NCBI GenBank assembly: GCA_951406725.2
Contig: OX597838.1
Location: forward strand, 4,836,001-4,900,000
DNA length: 64,000 bases
From: Octopus vulgaris
Lineage: Eukaryota
Direction of reading: 5' to 3'
In this document: in pieces, positions 49,905-64,000 of the stretch
How positions within the stretch are numbered: position 1 is the first letter of the stretch
Layout of the letters: each line of letters begins with the position of its first letter
Translations under genes and position numbers: made by a program
The notes under the pieces: generated by a model
What the model saw: the letters and a program-made list of their open reading frames with translations, nothing else
The model's database searches: none
Told to the model about the DNA's origin: nothing

Positions 49905-50370
49905 ACTGTAGTCGGAGAAATGTAAGAGTCTGTGGGACTTTTCTATTCAAACAGACAAGAAGAGAGAAAATAATAGACCGGACATAGCAATTATAGATGA
50001 GGAAAATCGAAGTTGATTACTGGTCAACCCATCATATCTGTTTGATTCCAGGACCGTCAATAAAGAGTACGAAAAAATACATCCTCTTAAAATTTAAAAT
50101 AGGAAGAATTTGGAGTATGAGAAAAATAAAGGTCGTGCCTATAATAATTGGTGCGTTGGGAATAGTAAGATGTAGACAAATGGCAGAAAGAGATTGGAAG
50201 AGATTGTCCGATAGAGCTCCTACAAGAAATTTGTCTCTTGGGGAGCAAGGATTATCAGGAGGGTTCTAAGTACTTGAAAGACAGCTGACAACTTGTCGAT
50301 ACCTAAGGTTACAGGTAGTAACCTGCTACCCATATCAATCCGACCAGGATAAAACCGAACCTGAGCCAAG
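49905..50370 (+). mobile_element. Dong/R4-type 3' fragment, fourth subfamily, frameshifted
   Basis: WDFSIQTDKKRENNRPDIAIID...KY..LK.KIGRIWSMRKIKVVPIIIGALG. Confidence 0.82.
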
Positions 50371-50761
50371 TTAATGATGATGATGATGATTATGATGATG
50401 ACGATGATGATGATAATGATGATGATAATCATAATAATAATAATAATAATAATAATAATGTGAGGTATACTTGCCATCTCAATATGGCTAACCACTAAGG
50501 GTGGGTGTTACTGTAGCTTGTAGCCCCAGGAGAACATCGTCTCCAGCTGGCTTTAGGCACAGTTTCTGTGCCCTTATGGTATTTGCAAAGGGAGGTCATC
50601 CTTCCCTCGTCAACCGAAGTGATACGCACGGACTGCAGTTTCTAGATATTGACCTGTCGTCGGCGTACGGAAATCACCGGTTTTTGATGAAATAAAAATA
50701 ATGATAATAATGATGATAATAATAATAATAAAAATAATAATAATAATAGTTTTATTATTGA

Positions 50762-50839
<78 letters not shown>

Positions 50840-51068
50840 CTGTAGTAGTAGTAGTAGCAACTACAACAAATAATAATGATAATCCCTTCTACTATTGGGA
50901 CAAAACCTGAAATTCTGGGGGAGGGGGATTATCGATTACACAGTCTGGTGAACTCTCCCATCCGTTTACATGCAGTGTTGCTTTATTCATTGGTGTAGGA
51001 GCGCGAAATGAGAAGAGGTGATTGATATCCCAAATGGTATTGACGATTTGTTTGTAAGCAATTATAGT

Positions 51069-51267
51069 AACCTGGCTGATGACAGTCAAGGCTGATCTGG
51101 AACCCAACTTAGGACCCCCATATCTACGGCATTCGCCACTGGAATAAGGAGTGGTTGGAGATCAAGCGGTCCCTAGCCTCAAGTCGCCGCCAGGCCTGGT
51201 CGGCGTTTGTGAGAGATGCAGCATTGAGGATGAATGAAGCCAGCTCAACCCACCCCGGGTGAATGCT

Positions 51268-51299
<32 letters not shown>

Positions 51300-51360
51300 A
51301 AGAAGAAGAAGAAGAAGAAGAAGAAGAAGAAGAAGAAGAAGAAGAAAGAGAAGAAGAAGA
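51069..51360 (+). mobile_element. RTE-clade LINE 3' end with (AAG)n tail
   Basis: TWLMTVKADLEPNLGP/IYGIRHWNKEWLEI..SLASSRRQAWSAFVRDA...ASSTHPG* followed by (AAG)n. Confidence 0.8.
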
Positions 51361-53702
51361 ATTATAGTAACTGCGTGTGGAGCAGAAGCAAATGTATGGA
51401 GAACAATTACCATACTTCGCGTTGTGATTTTTGTTTGGTTTGGATTGTTTATGAAGTAGAAGCGATTTTGGTTACGATGATATGATGTAACCTCATACAT
51501 TAACTGTATTACTCGAAATCCAAGCGGCGTTGAATACGTCGACCACTTATCCAACGATGTTATTTTTTTTATATCTTTCTCGGCAGAGTCAGCATCACTG
51601 TTTCCACTCAGGCCACCAGCAGAATTTAAAGACGTCCAGAAAATGATTGGACACGGGCGAATGCGAAATATAGCCAGATTGCTAATTATACGATTAACCA
51701 CTTTAACTCCGTGTACTGCTCAGGCTGGTTCTTTGCAAACGGAGATATGGTATTACTCTTAATATGGAAATGTGGGTCACGATGTGTTGTTCGGGTTTGT
51801 ACCTACTTGTCTTAAGTCAGCGCAATCAGCAAGATTATACAAAAGTCGAAGCCTCAGGACATGCTGTAGGAAATGAATAAATAGCAGTCATATTTTTATA
51901 TTTCTTCAATCTACTCGCTATCTCTCTTAGAAAGGAGCATCCGAAGAGAATATATTCAAGGCTACGTGGGCATTTGAAATATTAAAGTAGCATCCAGATC
52001 GTGTTCTGAAATAATGATCTGCTGCCTTAAAAGGACTACATATGGAGCACGTTTTTGTGTAACAGTTCTTGATAGATAAATTGATGGAATGGTCACGACT
52101 GGAACAAATTTGATCATATTTCTGCTTGACTATTGCAACAGCAATAACAACGGCGACTTCGAGGAAAGTGACGTCACCGTTATTATTATAGTGGTGTCAA
52201 CGACTACGGCAGTGCGAGAAATATTTTTGTTTGAATTATTTATGCTTTAGTAATAAGTATGGAATATTCAATTGATTCTCAACAAAACTATATTTGACAC
52301 ACTATATTTCTCAATTTCTCAATTTTTCAATTCTATATTCCACATTGCCAATTTATATTTATAAAACAACAAAATAAACTATAAGACAAGTATGGAAAAC
52401 AAGGGACAATGACAAGTGGAATGTTTAAAATTATTTTCATGTGACACGGAATTCCAGCTGAGAATTATTTTCGCTTCACCTTCCCGTCATTTCATATTAA
52501 ATGAATGCTAATGGTGTAGCCATGCTTTTCATGTTTTCAAACATGTCGCCATTTTTAATTGTTTCTGTTGTTAGCTTTATTCATTTTTCGTTTTAGTTAC
52601 GCTTCTCATCGTTAAAAGGAAAATATAAAAGAAATTACTTAATGAAATATATAATCAAACGAAAATAAAATTATATAATACGTAAAAATAAAACAATAAA
52701 ACGACAACACTTACAACAACAACAATAAGGAATGAAATCACTGAATAAAATTATCGTCTGCTTCTTTGAAATTGTTTATTGGTCTCGTTCTAAACCAACT
52801 TCATTGCAATACACAAATATTAAAGAATACTGAATAACGTTATCTAAATCCTACATCGCCTAACAATGCGTAGATTTATTGGGAGGAAGAATAAACTGCG
52901 TGAATGACAAACAAAAATGCAATAATGACGGATACATTTAAATAGAGATCCACAAAGAGGGAAGACGAAAGAGGAACGAAGAGCAATTGCAAAACAATGA
53001 GTGGAAGAAATAAAAGAAACGAAAATATCAATATGATAATAAACATTTTATTTTTCCAAACCATCATGGTTTTTTTTTTCTTTCTTTTTCCATATAAAAT
53101 TATATCCAATGTACTTTTATGTTTGGAAAAGACAAAGTTGATGCACATTTACACCATGGTTTGCATTGTTTTACGATGTTATTATTTATTATTCTGTGTC
53201 TATATATAAAACGCCATCTAGGATTTCATTTCCTTTCTTTGGCGAGTGAAAAAATATTATCGTCTGCTTCTTTCAAATTTGTTTTCATGAATTATGTTTG
53301 GAAGAAAATAACATAAAGAGAGGAACATATTGATGGGAAAATATATGCTAGCAAATACACGCAACAGCAAGTACTTTCCTGGAAATAGTGATGTAATATA
53401 GTAAACAGTCATGGGCATAAACATACGTATACGTATACATGGAAGAAAACACATACACACATGTATGTAACAATCAGATATCTTGTAAAGAAATGCATAT
53501 TGCTAACACAAAAAAAAAACGTACGGAAATATTATGAATACACACACACATACACACAAACATATTTTAATCTATATATATCTGTATAAATACACATATG
53601 TATGTATGGTATGGTATATATGTATGTATGTATATACATATAAATATACATATATATATGGATATATGGGTGTATGCTTGCATATATACATATATATATA
53701 TA

Positions 53703-53752
<50 letters not shown>

Positions 53753-54237
53753 ATATATATATGTATATATATATACACACACATATGTACGTGTGTTTGT
53801 GGAGGGGTGTATAGCGAGAAGGATACAATCATGCATATAGATGTAATTATAGTATAATTTCGTTTATTATACATATTTGTATGTATATATCTACATATCT
53901 ACATGTGTATACAACTACGATATAATAGATACAACATATACACAATTATGTGTAAACACACACACACCTATACAAATATAAGCGTATTACGTGCGTACAT
54001 ACATATTACAGTATATGATATCGTATTACATTCGTGTTTCAAACCAACAAAGACACTTATGAATATTCATACACTCACACATACATGCATATATATGCTT
54101 ATATACATACATACATACACACACATACACACACACACACACATATATACACACACACATATATATATATATACATATGTACACGTATCAACAAGCACGA
54201 TGATATATATTTATTTTTATATATATATATACATATA

Positions 54238-54312
<75 letters not shown>

Positions 54313-54940
54313 ATACATATATACATTCATCTGAAATTCAGAAATCACAGAGACATAGAGGTAGGCAAAAGAGTTCCTATGTCAGACGTTAAATTCCTCT
54401 GCGAGGCTTAATGTCTGAGTTAGCAGGAAGTGTTTCTGCTACGTTGCTTCCGCTCATAATCAACCAAACAGAGAAATAAACAGATCGATGCCGATAGAAT
54501 CGGTTTTTCTTATTGTCTTTGGCATTAGCATACGCGCTGTGTAAACATCTCTCTCCAAAATCTTTGAGCATCGACTACCAGATAAAAATAATGAAGATGA
54601 TGATGATGATGATGATGATGATGATCATCATCATCATCATCATCATCATCATTATGATTATAACAACAACAACAGCAACAATAATAATAATAATAATGAT
54701 AATAATAATAATAATAATAAGAAGAATGAAAATAATAGTAGTAATAATAATAATATTTATAGTAATAATAATGGTGGAAATGATAATAATATTAGTAATA
54801 GAAATAAAAGTAATAACAACAAAAATAATAGTAAAAACAATAATAATAGTAGTTGTAGTTATCTTGGATGTAGTAGTAGTAGGAATAATAGCTTCAACAA
54901 CAAAAACAGTAACACCAACACCACCAACAACAGCAGCAAC

Positions 54941-54972
<32 letters not shown>

Positions 54973-54979
54973 TAATTTC

Positions 54980-55170
54980 TAATAAAGGCAGACGGCCTGA
55001 AATTGTCGATTGTCGATTACATTGACTCCAGTATTCAACTGGTATTTATCTTATCGACCCAGAAGGGATGAATGGCAAAGCTGAACTCGGGGTAGAGTTT
55101 GAACTCAGAACGTAAAGACGGACGAAATTTCACTAGCCATTTTCTCTAACTATACTGTGCCAGCTCACCA
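54980..55170 (-). mobile_element. SINE family A variant, degraded
   Basis: TCGATTACATTGAC.CCAGT...TATCGACCC...GATGAA.GGCAAAG...TTTGAACTCAGAACGTAAAGAC. Confidence 0.72.
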
Positions 55171-55179
55171 CGTTAATAT

Positions 55180-55233
<54 letters not shown>

Positions 55234-55261
55234 TACTACTACTACTACTAATAATAATAAT

Positions 55262-55785
55262 CATAGCCGTACCAGGCAGTGATTCTCATGGCTTCTCATC
55301 TTAACCGATTGAAAGTGTTATCATGTACATTGTTTTGTCTTGGTATAAAAGATGGCCTACAGCAAATATTCTGCAAATATTCTGTCAGTTGTTTGACCTT
55401 AACCAGTAGAGCATGTCCCTTTGTGGCTGACGATATGTTCATCTCTAATCACAAGCAGAAGTAGTTGGAGAGCATCATAGCCATGTATTGAGAGGATTTG
55501 GGAACATTTTGTTCCGTTCAACATCCTTAAACAAACCTTATTCAGGGTCATTTTGAGCGGGATGGGCTAGTCGACCTGACGAAAATTCTAACTGGGCGCC
55601 ATCTGCAAATTCATGCTCTGTTCATCGTGATATGAGATCACCATATCGTGCACATATGGTTGTGATGCATGTGCCTAGTGTACCCGTATCAAACGCGTAG
55701 TCATGATGGGTATACTGAGTCTTGTCTATTTTATCCCTGTGTCACTTTCATGGTATGCACTGCTCTCTTACTTGATTATTATAAT
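55262..55785 (+). mobile_element. Second copy of the ~560-bp (AAT)n-associated element
   Basis: Colinear with 32579-33135; AAT repeats on both sides. Confidence 0.75.
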
Positions 55786-56191
55786 AATAAAATGATGACC
55801 ACCATGATGATATTAATGATGGTTTCTCTTATTTGCCAGAGGTGCATAGATCAAGGGGATATTACGAAGGCAGTCAATAATTTTTATGGTAGTTTTTATG
55901 AAAGATGAGGGGGAAAAAGACGACTGTGAAATGAGATAAAACTGTACATAGTACACAAGTATATGAATTCATGAACAATGAAGATATTCTCAGAGGAGAA
56001 ACTGTAAGTAGGACAAATGAAGTAAAACCACAGAGTCAGAGCTACCCTAACCCCCCAAAGCTTAACCCTTTGCCCATCTGCTGTTCTCCAATCTACAAGT
56101 GTATGCTTAGAGCAGTTCCAATCGCCTTAACAATTTGTCCCTTTTCTCCCTTTTTCTCTCATCTGCTCGTCTCATTTTTAGTTCGTTATAT

Positions 56192-56543
56192 CAGTGGTTA
56201 GGGCAGTAGACTCGCGGTCATAGGATCGCGGTTTCGATTCCCAGACCGGGCGTTGTGAGTGTATATTGAGCGAAAACACCTAAAGCTCCACGAGGGGATG
56301 GTGGTGATCTCTGCTGTACTCTTTCACCACAACTTTCTCTCACTCTTACTTCCTGTTTCTGTTGTACCTTTATTTTAAAGGGCCGGCCTTGTCACTCTCT
56401 GTGTCACGCTGAATATCCCCGAGAACTACGTTAAGGGTACACGTGTCTGTGGAGTACTCAGCCACTTGCACGTTAATTTCACGAGCTGGCTGTTCCGTTG
56501 ATTCGGATCAACCGGAACCCTCGTCGTCGTAACCGACGGAGTG
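56192..56543 (+). mobile_element. SINE family C
   Basis: Close match to the reverse complement of 26774-27156. Confidence 0.9.
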
Positions 56544-57109
56544 CTTCCATCCACCATGTGGGAAATGTCTGATGATTGTGCTAGTAGGACACCAGACATG
56601 TTACAAGACCCTGTTTACCATGCTCTCAGCATATGAAACTTACAGTAGCAGATAAAAACATATATTGTGTTTATTAAACATACATACTACGGACTTCTTT
56701 CAGTTTCCGTCTACCAAATCTACTCGCAAGGCTTTGGTCGACTCGAGTTTATAGTAAAAGACACTTGCCCAATGTGCCAGGCAGGAAGAGTGAACACAGA
56801 TACGTGTGGACGAAAAAGCAAGCTTCTTACCACACAACCACGGTGTGTTATACCTATAGGCATATTTATTTGTATGTATGTATGCATGTATGTATGTATG
56901 CATGTATGTATGTATGCATGTATGTATGTATGTATGTATGTATGTATGTATGTATGTATGTATGTATGTATGTATGCATGCATGTATGTATGTATGTATG
57001 TATGTATGTATGTATGTATGTATGTATGTATGTATGTATGTATGTATATATGTATGTAGGTAGGTAGGTATGTATGCATGTATGCAAATATATAGATATA
57101 TATGTATTT

Positions 57110-57307
57110 ATCACCATGATAGATCGTTAGCCACACATTTTTTTCTCTCCCTGTTTCTCTCCTCGTTTTTTTTCTGTGTCCCTTTCTGTAGAAGAGCGTA
57201 GGCTCGAAACGTAAATGATTTTTTATATTCCTGAGCGTTAATCTAATACATCTGCTTGTTTTGTATACCACATGTCTTCGTCTTTATTTTTTCGTAAACT
57301 CTCCTTA
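57110..57307 (+). mobile_element. Penelope-like repeat remnant with degenerate hammerhead-like motif (57182-57217)
   Basis: CTGTAGA-A-GAGC-GTAG-GCTC-GAAA-CGT-A; downstream TTCCTGAGCGT..TAATAC shared with the 23450 region. Confidence 0.5.
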
Positions 57308-57759
57308 TATATACTTTGATACTTTGATAGGTTTCGGCCATTATTGGCCCAGGCCATGTCTAACTTAATAGCACCACCTGGTAAAATATACATATATATG
57401 TATATATATATATACAAAGTTGCATATCAATAGAAAAATATATATGTGTGTGTGCGTGTGTGTACATATATGAATCAACATATATAGTGGAACACACGCG
57501 CACACAGACACATATGCAGAAGCACTTACAGACACACATCCACAGACACGCAGACACACATACACACACATACAATTGTGAAGACGCACAGTTATTCCTA
57601 CTCATTAATTAAGTACGAATTACGAGATTAGTTATATATGTGTGTGTGTGTGTGTGTGTGTGAGTGCTATCATGTGAGTGCCGTATTGTTATGGTGTTAG
57701 TGTTAGCGAGAGGAATGGTTTTTCTGTTCTCGCTATCAATAAAATCTAATGGGGTGGCC

Positions 57760-58082
57760 ATGAAGATGACGACGAAGCGGAGGAGGTTGAGGATAGGAGG
57801 AGGTCGATGGGGAAGCTGTAGAGCGGGTGAGGAGTAGTATGAATGGGGGGGAGTGAATGCTGAGTAGGTCGAATAAAGTGAGGAGGGTGACGCGGGGTAG
57901 GTGGGATAGGGTCGAGCAGATGATGCGGTGTAAAAGGTTGCTGTTGATAGTGATGACGACGATAAAAATGATGGTGACGACGACGACGGCGAGGACGATG
58001 AGGATGTAGAATATGATGATGATGATGATGACAATGATGATAATCATTTTGATGATGATAAAGACATCGATTATTATTATTA

Positions 58083-58137
<55 letters not shown>

Positions 58138-58234
58138 CATCCTCATCATCATTATTATCATCATCCTCATCAATATTATAATTGTTATCATCCTCATCAT
58201 CATCATCATCATCAATATTATTATTGTTGTTGTT

Positions 58235-58273
<39 letters not shown>

Positions 58274-58295
58274 ATTATTATTACTACTACTACTA

Positions 58296-58349
<54 letters not shown>

Positions 58350-58400
58350 TTAATGCTAGTACTATTATTATTATTATGATTATTATGATTATTATTATCA

Positions 58401-58440
<40 letters not shown>

Positions 58441-58450
58441 GTTGATATGG
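57760..58450. repeat. Triplet mosaic (GAG/GAT/ATT/ATC/ACT)
   Basis: Directly visible. Confidence 0.9.
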
Positions 58451-58561
58451 TGCTGATAATGAATATAATGTAAATGATTATCAGAATAACCTGAAGGGGG
58501 CTCGGGAGGTGGTTGAACTACATTTTATCGCTGGCTTTAGTTGGTCATACATACATACATA

Positions 58562-58612
<51 letters not shown>

Positions 58613-58639
58613 TATACATATATACATACATAAATACAT

Positions 58640-58685
<46 letters not shown>

Positions 58686-59697
58686 CATATATGATATCGA
58701 TATATTTATAGTTGATTGACGAAAGCTGACACTATATAACCTGTAAAACCGTTTATTGATCTTTCAATTGTTTGTGGAAAATACATGAACCAGACTAAAT
58801 ATTTTATATCTGTATATCAATATCCCTCCACAGACACACGCCCATACACACACACACACACACACGCCCATACACACACACACACAAACACACACACACA
58901 TATACATGTATATATATATATATATGTATATATACAGAAACACAAAGGCGTGTATAATTACATAATTATATACATTAACCTTTACACATGTATGTGCGTG
59001 TATTCATAAGCATGTGGATTTTATAAGCATGTGTATAATTAATTATGCTGATATACGTTTATATGAGTGTATATATATATAGATAGATGTGTGTGTATAT
59101 CGTTATGTAGACATCTTAAAGTATATTGGTTTTAAATTTTGGTCGAAGGTTAGAAATTTTCGAAAGGTGTGGGGTTAAGTTGATTACAATGACCGTCGTT
59201 CTCATCTGGTATTTCCTTTTATCGACCCCACAATTTTCAATAGAAAAATTAGTAAAAACTAGAAAGCAATATAATTTACTATGCTAAAGGCATCCAACTG
59301 GTACGATAGACGACATGCCGAACGAAATGCGTAGTACCGTTTTGTCTGTCTTTACGTCTAGGTTTCGAATACTGCAGAGTTATCGCGCGTAAGTCGGCTG
59401 TATTAAACTAAGGGATCCATTTTGAAGAATGTGCCCCTGTATTCCTTCAGATTACAAAAGCAATGTAGTTTTATGTAATCATATCGTACAGACGTTGGCT
59501 AACTTAATGAAGTTGGGCGATAGACGCGATCAGAAACATACCTTTTTTGACTCAATCTTCATCGATGTTTCACTTGGCAAATAAAACTTTAAGGTGGAAG
59601 AAAAACGACCAATCTGCTAGAAAGCTTGGTGAGAGTGTGTTAGCAGCGCCCTAGCAAATTGAACTAAGCACAGAATATGGCATTAATATTGGGAATA

Positions 59698-59864
59698 TAG
59701 GCACAGGAGTGGCTGTGTGGTAAGTAGCTTGCTAACCAACCACATGGTTCCGGGTTCAGTCCCACTGCGTGGCATCTTGGGCAAGTGTCTTCTGCTATAG
59801 CCCCGGGCCGACCAATGCCTTGTGAGTGGATTTGGTAGACGGAAACTGAAATAAGCCTATCGTA

Positions 59865-59933
<69 letters not shown>

Positions 59934-60175
59934 CTATATGTATGTGTGTGTGTTTGTGTGTCTGTCTTTGTCCTCCTAGCATTGCTAGACAACCGATGCT
60001 GGTGTGTTTACGTCCCCGTCACTTAGCGGTTCGGCAAAAGAGACCGATAGAATAAGTACTGGGCTTACAAAGAATAATTCCCGTGGTCGATTTGCTCGAC
60101 TAAAGGTGGTGCTCTAGCATGGCCGCAGTCAAATGATTGAAACAAGTAAACGAGTAAAAGAGTAAAGAGTAAAGA
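59698..60175 (+). mobile_element. SINE family B, full length (opposed degraded tail at 60290-60500)
   Basis: Same structure as 37064-37481. Confidence 0.92.
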
Positions 60176-60517
60176 TAAGATGTAGAAAAAGTTTCCATGG
60201 ATGTAGAAAAAGTTTCCATGGAATTGCGAATAGATTTTCTTGGTCCTGAGAAGCAATTGACCAGTTTGAGGAAAATTTAATTCTTTTATATTTTGCTTGT
60301 TTCAGTAACAGAACTGCAGCCATGCTGGAGCATCGAGTTAAAAAGGATTTAATAAAACAAATCGAACCCAGAATTTATATTTTTTGTCTGGCACTTATTC
60401 TAGCGGTCTCTCTAACACCAAACCACTGGACTGTGACGTGAACGAACAAACATTGATTATACAGCGATGGTGGGGGAGAAATACAGCACGAACATAAAAC
60501 GATACATATACATGTGA

Positions 60518-60548
<31 letters not shown>

Positions 60549-60701
60549 TGTATGTATGTATGTATGTATGTATGTATGTATGTATGTATGTATGTATGTA
60601 TGTATGTATGAGCAATCCGTGTGAGTAATCATCTAAAAGTTTTTTGTGCATTTTGATGTTGACATAAGTTCCTTGCTTTTCCTGATGAAAAAGCGGCATA
60701 A

Positions 60702-60917
<216 letters not shown>

Positions 60918-61124
60918 TAAAAACCATCTAATTCCAAGCTTTATTTATGTTTAAGAGAAGAATGAATTAAATAATGGCATGTAAATATGAAACATCATGG
61001 AAATTGTTCAAACTGAAGTCCTTCTTGAGTGACACACTATTCATTTGAGCCAATACGGAATTACAGATAGTATTTTCGTAATTTTGATTTACTCTCGGAT
61101 GACTATTGCACAATCCTGTGTGTT

Positions 61125-61155
<31 letters not shown>

Positions 61156-61159
<4 letters not shown>

Positions 61160-61319
61160 TATGATTTAGGGTATCTAAGAGACACCACAACGCTAGAAAT
61201 AGCAATCAAAACTTGACTCTAAAACCACATTAAATGTACAATTAATGTGAAGTTAGAGTCACGTTTTGAGTGCTATTTTCAGCATGGTGGTATCTCTTAG
61301 ATACCATAAATTACAATTT
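61156..61319. repeat. 164-bp fold-back palindrome (MITE-like)
   Basis: 80-nt arms with 14 mismatches by manual count and no gaps, centred on TGT|ACA at 61237/61238. Confidence 0.85.
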
Positions 61320-62121
61320 TAAATAATTATTACCATTGAAAAGTCTTTATTCCCATGTTGGCCACCTGATAAGATCGGTATTTAAATATAGATCTTATCC
61401 TTATATATATATATGTGTGTGTGTACATATATATATATCAGACCCCACAAAGATTACTGCTATTAATCAAAGTAAATTCACGTTTTCATTACGTCACATA
61501 TCTTGTCGGCGCTATTTTTAAACAAAACGAAATACAATGGAGAATAAAAAAAAAAAAAACGAAACTACTCGCGGAAAAGCAGAAACAAGTAATTGAAATA
61601 GTAAATGAAGTAATAAAATATAGAAAAAAACATGAAAAATATGAAGAAAATAAAGAAATTTTTTATTTCAATATATTTCGTATTTACTCATATTACATTC
61701 TTTGGTTACACACACATATAATCAAACACACACATGCATATATATACGTATGGCGGTGTGTTTGCATACACACACACACACACACATACACAGACACATA
61801 CACACATACACAGACACAGACACAAACGCACACACACACACAGACAGACAGACAGACAGACACACACACATATATATATATATATATACACGAAGTTTAG
61901 TGTATTTTATTAATAAGAAAATATTTTCCAATATTTCCGAGAGAAAAAAAATACAGGAAACGTACCTAATAATTCCAGTACACCAAGGCAAACGCGCACG
62001 CACACACATACGCACACACACATACACGCACACAGACGCACAAACACACACACAAACACACACATACACCCATATGTACACAGACAGGTTTATACATACA
62101 TACATGTGTATAATTAAATAC

Positions 62122-62194
<73 letters not shown>

Positions 62195-62231
62195 ATATAT
62201 ATGTATATGTATATATATATGTATATGTACG

Positions 62232-62278
<47 letters not shown>

Positions 62279-62388
62279 GAATTTTTGTTTTACCTATATA
62301 TCTATTACACCATACCGACGCTCGCAAATATTATATTGTAATACATGTATGCAATATATATGGCGATACGTATATATATATACATGCA

Positions 62389-62434
<46 letters not shown>

Positions 62435-63019
62435 ATGTATATATAAATATATATTCGTATGTGCGTGTGTTTGTTTTCTTGAGCGTACAAATACATTATA
62501 TAATCTTAATCGTATATATATATATATATATATATAGCAGTATAGTTATACATACGCGCTCACACGCACTCGCACTCACAGAATCACACAGAATCGCACA
62601 CACATATCTATACACTAGGCAACATATACAAACAGACAATACAGCACGTGCGCATGTGTATCATTGGTTGTATATTCCTGCACTGTTGGATGTATGCGTA
62701 AACGGAGATCTACGCATTTTTCGCAGGAATAAATGCTCTGTTGGAGGGGAAAAGCGCAGTGTGTATTTCGAATATGAAGCACAGAACATTCTGGAAAGCA
62801 ATCAATAATTATATTATCAATATCTTTTATTTATTTACATCTACATTGCATATTTTTACAATTGTGTGTGTTTGTGAGGAGGAGGAGGAAGATAAACAAT
62901 TGATCGCATCTCTCAGGAGTTGTTCTTTGGTTTTGTCCTAACAATACAGACGCATGCGAGGTCATGTATTTGTCAAAATAGAACTGAAAACAATCAGCCG
63001 TTTGCGAGATGATTTTTTT

Positions 63020-64000
63020 CACACGGGCAAAAAGTTAGAAATTTTGGAGGAAATTGCTAGTTAATTACATCGACCCCCATTAGTTGACTGGTATATATTT
63101 TGTTGATCACAAAATGATGAGAGGGGCAAAGTTGGCTATTGACCTCAGTGGCATTTGAACGCAGAACATGAAGAAGGACGAAATGCCGTCAAATATTTTG
63201 CCCGCCGTACCAACGATTCAAGTAGCTCACCACCTTTATTAAAATCCTTTTTACTAAAGGCTCAAGGCCTCAGATTTGAGGGGAGGGGACTGGTCAATTA
63301 TATCGATCCCACTATTTCATTGGTACTTAATTTATCGACCCCGAAAGGATGAAATGCAAAGTCGACCCCAGCTGGATTTGAACTCAGAACTTAAAGAGTC
63401 CAACCAAATGCGACACGGTAACGATTCTGCTATCTTGCTGCCTTAATAATAATAATGGTTTCAAATTTTGGTCCAAGACCGTCAATGATAGGCGAGGGTT
63501 AAATCGATTACATTGACCCCAGTGCTCAACTGGGGTTTATTTTCTTTTCGCTGCAATGATGAAAGACAAAGTCGACCTCGGTGGATTTTCAACTCAGAAC
63601 GTAAAGACGGTCGAAATACCACAAAGCATTTTTTCCGGAGTGTTAACTATTCTGTCAGCTCCCGGCCTTCACCAACTATAGGGATCAGCCCCGAAAATTT
63701 TAGGGGGCAAACTAGTCAATTACATCGACCCTAGTTCGTTAATCGTCTTTATTTTATGAAACCCAAAAGGATGAAATTTAAATATGACCTCGTGTAAAGT
63801 CCAGACCCTAAATTTGCGGAAAAATGGCGCTAAACATTCTGCCAGCTGAAACACCCTTCTAGTAATCCTTTCTTTCATAGGCATAATGCCATGAAATTTG
63901 GGATAGTCGATTACATCGACCCTAGTACTCAGAAGATACTTATTTTTATCAACCCTGAAAGGATAAAAGGAAATGTTCCCTCGGCAGAATTTGAACTCAG
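63020..64000 (-). mobile_element. Head-to-tail array of about five diverged family A-type SINE copies
   Basis: ATTACATCGACCC-like motif recurs at ~63064, 63298, 63507, 63718 and 63910. Confidence 0.8.

Noticed and set aside
56192-56260. tRNA-like heads of SINE families as tRNA genes
   Set aside because: They continue into SINE bodies, recur as dispersed copies and lack full cloverleaf pairing.
60179-60221. 21-bp direct tandem repeat (and 45023-45090 duplication) as CRISPR-like
   Set aside because: Only two units and no spacers, in eukaryotic context with no cas genes; simple local duplications.

Overview
AT-rich, microsatellite-saturated animal genomic DNA. The SINE and LINE content suggests an octopus or other coleoid cephalopod (inference from remembered repeat families, not a database search). 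Nearly all ORF-track entries are translations of simple repeats. The one real protein-coding gene I can support is a spliced + strand gene with exons 543/576-804, 2398-3231, 3928-4125 and 6092-6594. All its introns are GT-AG and phase 1, and it encodes about 587 aa from ATG 576. Its last exon encodes a complete but highly divergent Q50 homeodomain (6121-6300) that the ORF track misses, followed by poly-Asp and a YRPW motif. About 810 nt after the stop, on the same strand and just before the first AATAAA, lies a type I hammerhead-ribozyme fold that appears Penelope-derived. The remaining ~57 kb has no recognisable host gene. It contains four tRNA-derived SINE families, CR1-, RTE-, Dong/R4- and Penelope-like retroelement fragments, a mariner derivative, an intron-containing tRNA-Lys pseudogene, several hairpins and long triplet-repeat mosaics. 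Repeat boundaries are approximate, and family names come from motif recognition only.
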